From Phoronis australis (taxonomy: Eukaryota > Animalia > Phoronida): 64,000 bases of DNA. Below are positions 24,301 to 36,300 of this stretch, piece after piece. The notes below the pieces were generated by a model. It was given only the letters and a program-made list of their open reading frames with translations. It did not search any database and was not told the DNA's origin. The DNA lies in assembly GCA_002633005.1 (NCBI GenBank), contig NMRA01000553.1:124161-188160 (forward strand), given 5' to 3'. Numbering within the stretch: the first letter of the stretch is position 1; every line of letters begins with the position of its first letter. A program made the position numbers and the translations under genes.

Positions 24301-27300
24301 TTTAAGTCTCAACATATCTTGAAACAATAATTACCTGTAGTCACTTAGGAAACGTTGGAAGTCATAGGAGTCCTGCAGTTTAGTCTTGCGATCGTTAGCC
24401 TTCTGCGTGAGGGCCTTCCATCGCTCGGTCAGGTCATTTTGGTGCTGGGTGATCCCCTCGGCCTGATCAGGGTGACTTTGGGTCAGTCGCGCGGCCGTCT
24501 CGTCCAGTTGCTCCACCTATGAATGGATAGGGACACTTTGCACGCAATGCAATTTTACAAACGCACGGTCCCATCTGTGAATTTTGCTGTCAGCAATGCA
24601 AACTCACAGCGCAACAACAATACTTTACTAATATTGGAATAATGAATATAAAATAATTTTACAACCATGGGTCAGTGAAATACTGATGCACAGCATTGTG
24701 GGTAAATACTGCACAATCAAAAATGGTGCTGAGATATTTTGGGATATAGCCAATACTCATGGACATCTGAGCTCTTTACATTACAACTTTGCTGTTGAAA
24801 TTGTACAAAACTGCAAGACTTCCATGTAACCACCGTCCACTCACTTTGGTCCCAATGGCTACCAGATCTCTCTCCAAGCCGTCATGTTTTCGCTGCAGCC
24901 GCTGAACGCTGGCCAGATCTTGACCATAGTTGTCCGTGTTCAGCGCCTGGTCCTTCTCGTTGATCCAGTCAATGGTTTCATCCGCATCTCTGCGAGCAAT
25001 CACAGGGTCAAAGGTCAGACTTTCACTACAACTACGCGACTTTCACTCACAACTATGTAAAGAATTAAATCACAAAAGAGCTTTTGATACATTTAATCCA
25101 CTGAGCACATAAAAAGTAATAAAGGTAATCCCGTGCCTGACCCACTGGTACATGGTGCCCAAATCCCTCAGCCCCTCCAACCCACCTGTGGTATCTCTGC
25201 ACCTCGTGTGAACTCGCCAGTTTGGCCGCCTGCTGCTGTGTTGTTTCCTGTAGTTTCTCCCAGCGAGCGTTGATCGTCTGAAAAACCACACACATCGTCT
25301 ATGGGCTATTACCCAGGTAACATGAACTCTCAACGTAAAAAAATTGTGCGACATCCTCAAACAAAGACCAGTGGTCTGTTTCAAGAAACGCGACTCAAGA
25401 TTCTGTTTAACAAAAGTTTTCATGCCACATACATCTTGATACGAGCGCGCAATAACCGTCAGTATCTATGCGATATTACAGTCACGTGACATGGTTATTG
25501 CACGGGAAAGAAAATAGTGTCAGGAGACAAAATGTGATAAAATCTTTAATGCGTGGAATTAAAATAAAATACATATAGTTTAATATGTATTTATCTCATT
25601 GGGGAAGTCCTGGTTGAACAGCAGTAGGTGGCAGCACCAGTTTGAGAGATATTTCCAATGCCAGGTTTCTACATTACACTTTGTAAAATTCCTCAGAAAT
25701 GCCAAAGAGTCAAATGTGAGCAGATAAGATGTAAAAAAACTTCGTCTTCCTTTGCCGCCCAATTACATTTGCATACATGAACTATGACGTACCGTGATCT
25801 GCATGCGGATTTTCTCAGCAGCCTCAGTTTCACCACTGGCTGACAGCTGCTCAGCGAGGTCATTCATGTCACGGAGACGCTGCTCGTTGGACTTCAAATC
25901 CTGCAATTTAAACACAAAATAGTGTAAGCATCAACTCAACATATTGGCATTTTCTGAAGTTTTCCATGAAATATTTTTCATTTTCTGTGAGTTTTCCCAC
26001 AGCATGTTTTTTTTTTGCTCCTTTAAGAAGATTTCGAGAACATAATTCTTCATTTTCAATGAACTGATTCTCTAACAAAATAAACTATAGAAGTTTTTTA
26101 TTTATGTTAGCAATCATTGTTGCCAAGGAAATTTGAAGGTGACATGAACTTGTGAAAAGGTTTGCTAAATGACATTGTTTATCAAATTTTCACAAATTTC
26201 AAAATTCCAACTGGTTTCCTCATTAACAAATCAGAGGCCACATGGCCAGTTATCAGCCAAGTGGAAGCCAACACTCACTTCAGTCAATCTCTAAACAAAA
26301 GAGGTCAAATACACATTTAACAACCAGTCCAAGACAATCAGTCACATAAACCAATCAGAGACCACATGACCTAATGATAAGCCAATAAGGAACCAGCACT
26401 CACCTTCTGGAAGTCATCAAACTTCTTCTGCTGTGCCTCCACTTGTTCCAGGTCTTCAGCCTGGATGACTTCCTCCACGGCGATCTGCTCCTTGGCGACA
26501 ATCCACTCACCTAGGTCACCAGCCTCACGCACCACAGCGTAGGCACGGGCGCTGTCCTTGAGACGCTGACGACGCTCCTCACCCATGGTGAGCAGGTTGT
26601 CGTATCTTGAAGACGGGGAAGAGATAGGTGTATGATGGTGAAGTGACAGACTTGGTAACACGCTTAACATTGTAATAGTCACATCCAGGGGCTCCCACAA
26701 TACGAGAACCAGTTTTCTCCACTGATTAACAGGCATCAAACTGGTTCTTAAAATCTGCAACCCCTGTAAATGACTACTGCCCTCACCAGTACAAAAAATG
26801 TACATTGTACAAGCTGGCTAACACATACTGAAGAGGAATTCTCAGAATATAATTAACTGAGGGCTGTTCCAGTAAAATCTGTGTGGGAGGGGGGGGGACG
26901 GCAGTAGAATTAAAAATTCATGGGTGGTGGTCTTCAGAAAAAAACTCAAATTATGGGTGGTCGTTCCTGTAAGAAGTGATGCATTAAAAATGGGTGGTAT
27001 TTTTTGACCTGTTAATGTTGACAGGTTGATTACTTCAGCCATCAAAACTAAAAAAAATGCTATTGTCATATATCCTAACTTATTCCAATACAAAAAAAGC
27101 CCATATTGCCAGTGAACAGAGTGCAATATGTTCACTTAGCCATTTATCAAGTCATGGGCAACTTGATTTGAGCCAACTGTTGTCTGCAGTCCTATTGAAT
27201 TGAAAAGTTATGCATCACTAAACTGGTGTGAACACATATAAGAAAATTGATGATTTTTAAATAAAAAGTATGAGGAGTAAGATAAACAAGTTCCAATATT

Positions 27301-30300
27301 CACTTGACATAGAAGTATAAAAGAGTTCATGGAGACAGTTTGAGATTCATAAATCCTTATAATTGTAAAAATGTTCATTGAAATTATAGACACATGGTGA
27401 ACAGAGCCACCTGGTGGCTGCCAAAAGTATTGCTCACAGGTTACTTTAGTTTTTGACAATATTGGACAAGACAACTAGTTCTTGTCTGTCAATCATCTAA
27501 GTTCTGAACAGGTCCTCCTGGAGGCAATTTGTTTGCAAGTGTTGGATTTTATATTTTAACCTATTAAAAATAATTAAAAAATTATGGGTCATGGGTTGGA
27601 GAAATAAATGAAAAATACGGGCGGTGGGTACGAAATAAAAGTGCCTTCCCCCCCNGTCAATTGCAGAATTTTCTGTTTCCACAGCTACAAATTGTCTATG
27701 AATTCAACTGTAGCTTGACTAGTGTTGAATGTGTTACTGTTATGTTCCTGCGACACTTAGGCATACTTGAGAGTTTGACAATACATATTTAATGGGGAAC
27801 GTCATCACTAACCACTATGACGATTAGCAATTAAGTACAGTTGTCAGTATCCGGCATTTTTCAAACACTAGTCAAAAGAACAAAATATCGCGCAGCCCAT
27901 TCGTCGTAAACAAATTCTCTTACATGAAGCCGTGTAATAAAAGTACAAGCCATGAATAATCCAACGAAATGACCCACAATTCCCCGGTCAAGATGGCTGA
28001 GCACAAGGGGGTAGCAAATTCACCAGACTGCCCCGGTCACTTACTGGTCCTCAATCTGCCTCTGTCTGACAGAGATGGTGAATTCATCCGCCAGCTGTTC
28101 TCGGCTGGCCGACAGTCCTGTCTCTAGCTTCTTCAGGTAGGCAGCAGGGACGAAGCCTTGACGGTCACCGACCTCAACCTTCCACCAGTCCTGGAACAAC
28201 AGAGCACACAGGGTGTCATAAAATACATATGATGCATACAGGGTGTCATAAAATACGCATAATATGATTTTATTCAGACAAATTTCCAGTTCTATTCATA
28301 CGATGTCAAGGCTTGTGATATCCACCACAATAACCCCACAGCATGATACCCTGGGTTTTGTACGACTACTTACGCAGTTTACACTGTGGCAATAAACAAG
28401 TGTCCATCAAAGATGACTTACTTGTACCAAACTCGTATGATAAATGGTTTTTGGAACAAAAAAGTGACAGTTCCTTCTCGCTGAAGAGCATGCTCAGGGC
28501 ATAAAGTGAAGTTGAATGGCACAACTAGGTACAGACAGAAAATTCAATGGCTGAGGGCACTGATTTATTTGCCGTTCCTGGAAACTAGCCAATCACGTAC
28601 CTTGTTGGAACTGTTCAACAGTGTCAGAATATCACCCTTCTTCATGGACACCTCGCGGGGACTTTTCTCGGCGTAGTCGTACAGCGCCTGGACACACTCC
28701 TTGCCGAGGTCATCAACCACTGGTGCCTCCTGTTGCTGTAAACACAAACACAGAACAGCTGATATTCCTCCAACACCACGGATGTACAGAAACTTTACTT
28801 AGAGTGACTATAAAACCCCGATGATTGCGACCACTCATCGCTATACAAATGGTTTCAGCTTGGCTGTTCCTTTCTCAGATGAGAAGTGACATCTGGTGTT
28901 GCACAGTGCTATTAGTTAATTAATGCTTATCACCACGCTTGATGAATAACATGACCTTCTGGCTTTCAAAAGTTAATTTCAGTAAACAGTGAGTGTACCA
29001 CAACACCTGTCAATGCGAATCAGCCAAATGACATGGAAATTCCGTGTAATGGCTGGGTGCAAGCAGATTTAACCAACATGACAGACGACTAGAGAAAGAA
29101 GTCACCATCAAAGTCGCTGGAATGATGAGTTATAACCGAGAACGGACTTTCGACAAATTTTTTTTTGGCGTAAACCGTACTTCAAGGAGCCTTACCCTGC
29201 AGGCTTGTGCCTGTTCCCTCAGGCCATCTATACTGTTCCTGTAGGCCTCCAGATCAGACATGAGCGCCAGATGCTTCTTCAGCAGAGCCTCCGCTGAGTC
29301 TTCGTCCTTCCCATAATCCTTGCTACCGACAATCGGTACCTTCTCCTTCATCCATGACTCGGCCTCGTTGGCGTCAGCGAAGTACTGGTGTGCCTGCAGG
29401 GAGTCCTCAAGGTCCACCGTGCGCTGGTTGGCTTTCTCCTGAAAATACAAGTTCAGTTTGTAATATGTAATCAGATATGTCTCGTTAGAGACATTAAAAG
29501 CCTACTGGTTAACATGGCTGTATGTGTGGCCTGTCACTAAGATCAAGTACACTGGTCAGTTGAGTCATAAAATCACGTGAATATGAGCCAACGTGAAAAG
29601 GAATAATATCATTAACAGCTATTCCAAAATAACGGTCCTCAGCCCTTGTTAATCCTCAAAAGATTGGAGAACATTTTGAAAACTCCTCACAAAGTCTAAT
29701 AAACGGGCAAGCGTCGCCTACACTTTAGGCAAGTTACACAACAGTTGGGATAGACTGCCCACCAAGAACCATGATACCCATTCTGTAACTCAGTGAGTAC
29801 TTGTTTTTAGCTGAATACAGCTTTTACCACTAAAGTGATGTGCCAGTGGTAAATTTGCAGGGCACAAAACAAAGATTGGTTGAAATCTCCAAAACAGGGT
29901 TTAGTATCCTTTTTATGTGAACATAACAAAAGCAACACAATTTTATAACACATTTCTTACTAAGTTTACTTCTGCTACATGAAATTCATCCGTCTTATGC
30001 CCCAACAATCAACATGTCCCTCCCACAACACTCCCCCTCCATTACACATACTTCACCTTCCATTGCTCCACCTCCTACAACCTCCCCTCCCCTCCCACTA
30101 AATTCAATCCACAACACTACATTCAATCCACAACACTCCCTGCTCCTACTACAAACCCTCCACACTTACCACCAGTTGCTGCCACCTTTCCTGCAGTCCA
30201 TCACTTTTCTCCTTGATTTCATCGGAGGCAAAATGGTCGGCCTGAAGCATCTCTTGACCCTCTTCCATCACAGCATTGATACGTGACTCGTGACCGTTCA

Positions 30301-33300
30301 GCTCGGCCAGAAGAGCGCGGTGTTTCTTCATCAGGTTCTGCACCCCGATCAAGTCACGCCCTCTGTTGGTGGACGCGGCAATCGGCTCCTTCTCGCGGAT
30401 CCAGTCTTCCTCGTCCTCGACATCGCGGAAGAACTGCTGCAGCTTCAGCGCGTCACCGAGCTTGTTCTTACGTGCAGCCAATGGCTCCTGAAGATGGTGG
30501 AAGCAGAAAAATGAAAGCTTGAAATGAAATTGATGGAGCCTCACAGTTGTTTAGGTCAAAAAAATATCGCAAACTTAAAACTGAAATTAATCAAGTTAGC
30601 CGGGATGAAACTCCAGCTGAAGTAATTGAGGAGCTCCACTTGGTCCTTAATTGTGTCACGACTGAGTTATTTGGAATGCTAACTGATAGTATTAAAAACA
30701 AACAAAGGGTTTCACACCAAAATATGAACCAAAGATGGTGCTGCGTAGACTACTTACTCCAATTGCAGTAAATATGAAGTGATTCCCAACAGCATGTGTA
30801 TTGGGACATTACTACCTATTACACAAAGGGCACACATTTTGCAAATAATTGCCAAAATAGTCATTTTTCCATCTACAGAGGCTGACTACCTTATTGCAAA
30901 TGGTGGAAATTTATTCAATGTTTATGACATCTTAATACTACAAACAGTTCATGCAATAGTCTTTTAATCTTTTACTTATTGGACAAATTCAACAAAATAA
31001 AATTCCTCTTGCCCGCCATATTCTGAGCTAAATATGTAAAGAAATACTGAAAAAGTTTTTTATACAATAAATTCTCAGTGTTTTATTTCAATAAATAATT
31101 TCTAGTATCTTTATGCCATTCTATTCGATTCTTGGTTTGGGTAGATATATCCTTCCTCACCAACCCAGCTGGAAGCAAGTTGTACTTACAGCAAGTGCCT
31201 CGTAGCGTTCGACAACTTGGTTCTTTTTGTCGACGATGTTGTCCACGTCAAAGTGCCCGGCCTCCACGAACTGTTCCGTCTGGGACACGATGGCGTCCAC
31301 TCTGTCCTGGTGTGCGGCCACGTCAGACTCTAACAGGCCATGTTTCTTCTGTAGGTTCTGGACACTGGTCAAGTCCTGTGGTCATAACACGATGAGAATG
31401 GTCAGTGAATGGAGGCTTACAATGTCATGTTATACCATACTCACGCGCACTTTTAATTTTCTATCAATTATAAAGGGTTCAATTTTCCCCCAAATTTCCC
31501 CCCATGAAAAGTAGTCGATAATTTATGAAACGGTTCTTCTGGAATAATATTACTGGGTGATGACCTGACACTGGTCCCGGCTCTCTGGCCTTTCTCAAGA
31601 ATATTCTTCATGGCATAAACTTGGTAGCCAATCAGTGTTGTCGGGAACCCCTTTTTCACTTCCAGAACTATTTGTTATTGTCCAGGTTTCACACAGTTTA
31701 CATGAAGATTGCGAACCATGGATATGTTTTACAAAACGGGCTTAAGACTCAAGTCAAAAATTTGGTCCTGCCCTCCCACTTCACAAAAATACCACGGCAA
31801 ACTGTCTTTAGACTTAGACGCAACCAACAGTAGAGAACATGAAATCGCCTTGTAGCTACCTTTAGCTTCTGTTTAGGCCTATATAAATGATAGCCTGGCA
31901 ACTTAATAATAAAGTAACATGCACAGACTACTAAGTTTGCAACTCAATAGCAAAAGTTCAACGACCAATAAAATAATCAATAACTATAATTTAGTTCTAA
32001 TTTTGAGCGAATGTATTTAACAATTCTTGCATTGCAAAGAGCTTAATAATGGCCAATAGTTCGAGGCTGACAAAACATTTTACGAAACACGTTATGTGAG
32101 AGACACGGGCCACTCATCCACTAAACACGTACCTGTGACATGCATTCCAGTTCTAATATAATCAGTGCATTCAATAAATGTCCAGCCACATGGCAAACAT
32201 AAGAAAGTCACACACTCTAAAACTTGTATTCTGTTCTAAGCAACCGTTTTTAGACCGACAGCGGTTTGCTTATAACAAGACAATATTGGCGAGATGTGAC
32301 GACTAACGTGTAGCGATAAATCGAAGCAAACATTCCAAATTAAAGTCCCGAGACACTATTGGGCACAACAAGCCGCTGTGAACAACTCTGATAGCTAATA
32401 AAAACAACCAAAACTTCAATCGGATACCAGCTGCTTACTCACTCCATTGATCATCTGTTATTCAAGACACAACAAGAATTAAGTGATTATGTATCACAAG
32501 GGAAATATCACAAAACTGAATTTGATCATAGTGGCGACAATTCAATTTAATCGAGTCGATTTACTTACTGGAAATAAGAGAGCAAAAGGGTAGAGTGTAA
32601 GTAATTTTTATCACAGCAGGCCCATAAGGAAACACCGTGACGCAATCAAAATTTGTAGAAAATTAAACTTTTAACCTGGATTTGACCAGTTACAAACACC
32701 ACCAAAAACTAGAAAATTTGCTCAAAGAAAAGTATCGTTAACCAAATGTAGTTTTCACGCTTTTCTGAAGCCCTACCTTTCCGAAATCCTCAGACATCAG
32801 CCCGCCCTCAACTTCGTTGAACCATATCTCCACATCCTCAATGTTCCTGTTGAATTGAAGCTGGTCACTGGTATCTTTCAGGCGCTGACCTAGAAAGTAG
32901 GTCAAGTTGGACAAACGTTAATGGTGGTAAAAACTGGTCATGAAAAGTGAAATATACTTGACCTATGGTAAAAATTCTCCAATTTGGGACATCGAAACTC
33001 CCGCAAAAATAGAATTTGATCGATTCTGGAATTTGGGACAAGGGGCGATTTTGGCATTCACGATATTTTTTTCTAATTTCAGACAATGAGTTCTCAATCT
33101 ACAAAGTGGGTAATTATGCCGTCTTTCCAGCTATTCTTGAATTTGGGATGACCAATATTGCTTATTGCTAGTATTTGGGACAAGCTTCGACCATGAGCAA
33201 AATAATTTATTTTTCACTGCCCCTAATTGGAGATTTTTTTACCGCACATAACACCAACCAACCAACCAACCCACATCAGAACAATGACGGCAAACAATAT

Positions 33301-36300
33301 TTCAAGGGCAGCCTAAACTAAACATATAAAATTGTCGGAAGAAATTAACTAGGCTGTCGTCAGTATACAAAAACTATTTTGGGCTTGGAGGGATTAACTA
33401 GTCTGCGTAGTGGGATAGAATTTTGAAGACTGAAGTAAATTATCAGTGTCATTCCCACACAATAGGCCTTTTAAAATTGACATGCAAGGTCAGTGAATGT
33501 AGTTCTTTGTGAACCCTGCTCTTAATCATACAACTGTCACAGTTGGTCTGTGTAAGTAAACATAGCTGAACTAAGTGTTGATAGTACTGGGTGAGAGGAT
33601 AATTGTCTTATTATTCCATATAGCTTTAGAATACGGTAGCCCGAAATGACAAGCATATCCTGTTATTTCTTACTGTCAATGCATATTCCTTAAAATGACG
33701 ACGAATCTTGAACATGCCTAAAACGGCCAAAAGTTCTAGAAGTAACCGCGTAACGTACTGCTATTTAATTTATTTACAAATTTTCCAGAGATCCGACGAT
33801 TCCCAGTTGTATAATTTTATGTACTACCTGTACAAGTACTGCACTCTAGGAAACATCAAAACCCTTCAACCTGTTCATGGGAAACCCTTATTACAACCAA
33901 GATCTTATAAGCTAGATGTGTGTGTGCATGCATGTGCATGTGTCTCCGAGTGCGCGTGTCTGAATACATGGTTTTTCGTCTGGAGCATAAATTTTTTTGA
34001 TGTACTTGTCACACATAATTTAATAACAAACAACCAAACTTACTCTTCTTGTCAGTCTGCTCACACAGTTGTTTCCACAGTGCCTGTATCTCATCAAGTT
34101 GTTCTTGAATCTGATCCGAGGCATAGTGGTCACATTCGATCAGCTCTTTGCCCGTTGCCGTCACGGTGTCGACGCGCACCTCATTGGCCTGGAGCTCAGC
34201 CTCAAAATTTTGGTGCTTCTGCAGCTTGGCCTGCAGGTTGGTGGAGTCCTGACAACAGACGGAATACTTATTACCTTAAGGGTGGCAGAGTCAGAAGGAG
34301 ATGCTTCTGAGCTCCAGTTCCATGAGGACCCATTACGCAATATACATAAGACGACACAACAAAAGGTATTGCATACAATACAGCCTCACCAAGTTAGGAC
34401 ACAATATGGCTGACAAGCGAAATTCCATTTTATCATTTTTTCCAAGGTGTGTGTCATCAAATTGAATGCTTTTCCATATTCATGTTTGGTACTATAGTTA
34501 CTATCAGGCAATATTTTGAAAATTTGTGGGCATTCACAACAATGTTAGAACAGTTTGGAAAATGAAAGTCATTTTTGGCAATTACACTTGCCCGAAAATA
34601 GTGAGATCTTACCGCAGATATATTCTAGTATTCTCAGTAGAAACAACGGTTATTAATCAAGCACCAAACACAAACACAGACACATTGAGATACCAAAGCC
34701 GTGCCTTTTGACCCTGTGTCAATCAAAGATACAACGCCAGCACATTTTTATGCAAAATGGCTACATTCACTCCTAGTCACCGCAACACCTGAAGGCATAG
34801 CCAGCCAAAGAATAACAACAACGTTACCTCAAATTTGAACAAACATGATGACCAAAATTGTAGTTTTCTATTCTTCAAACACTCACTGTATTGCCAAATA
34901 ATGTTCAAAATTCCATTGTATGTTTGTTGACGACAGTTGTATTACAAATAAAATTTTCAAATGATCCAGTAAAGTTGTCTTTTTGTTAATTCTTGTAGAA
35001 AACCTTGATACATAAACCTTATTTTGGCTTTCTATGTTCCAATTTGAAGAAACTACAGCATTTATCATTAGTAGTTGGCTAATTACAGAGGACAGTCATC
35101 TTTATAATACACATGACTGTAGGCACCAAACAGTTTTGAAAATAATCTACAAGACGCCTACCAGTAACAAACTTTCTACTCACCATGTAACTATCATCGG
35201 ACACCTGCTTGAGTTTCTCATTGATCCAGCTCTTGGTCTCGTCCCCGTCACGCTGGAACATCTGTAGCTTAAGCGAGTCTTCCAGGCAGACGTGTCGCCG
35301 GCTCGACCGCTCGTACAGCTCATTTCTTCGGGTTAACAGCTGAAAGTCCAAGGTCATTGAGTCAAGGGTACTTTTAAAGAAAGATTGTTCAACAATTTCT
35401 AGGAGAAAGTGAGCAAAACAGTTGAATTCAATTCATAGTTAATATTCTTTTCCTAATGGAACATATGATGTGATGCAGCGATGTGTATAAGCTTAAAAAT
35501 TACGATACCGTCACAATGCTGTTAAGTGCTCCTTGAATTAAACAGAATACAAATGGGGATATACTATGACAACAGACTAAAGACGTAACAACTCACCTGG
35601 TCACGGCGAGTAGCCACCTCGTCAGCCGCGTAGTGCTCGTTCTCAATCAGTTTAGTGGCAAAGTCGTCTAGAGCCTGAAATAGTGTAACTATAGCTCAGT
35701 TCTTGTTACAATCTCTCATTCAGTGACACACAATACAATAACAGAAGCAAAATGACATCCAAATTCGACAAAAGTTCCTGGCACAAAACCGCAGAAAAAT
35801 AGCCATTTCTTTTGCAATATATACGTTTCGATGCTGGCACTTCCTCGAAATCATGACAACTTAGTGGGCAAGACCAATCACAAGTTAACAATCGAAGGCT
35901 AGGTAAAATTAAACTATGACTAAGCTTCGACAAAACTACTGTATAATTAAGCACAGACACTGAAGTCTTCGAAGGTTGTTTGTAGGTAAATTAAAGATCC
36001 CCTGCGGACACTCACTCTGATCTTCTCTTCCTGGGCAGCCAGTGATTTCTCGAAATCTTCTTGTTTCTTGATGAGTGCCTCGACTGAGTCAAGAGAGTCT
36101 CCAAGATCCTCATTGGCTAAAAATGCCTGCAAGGGAATGATCAGGTTCAGGTAACACTTTTGACTGAATACAACTTTACACAGATTCCGAAAATATCGAA
36201 TGCGAGGGCAGCAGAGTGGCCATACCATGAAATACCACCCTTCCCAAGACTGTTTTGGCCAACCCACAAAACACACCCTCTTCCAGTTTGAGACAACCGA

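Noticed and set aside
33708-34413. 200-aa and 114-aa plus-strand ORFs
   Set aside because: Antisense to spectrin exon 13; no recognisable motif.
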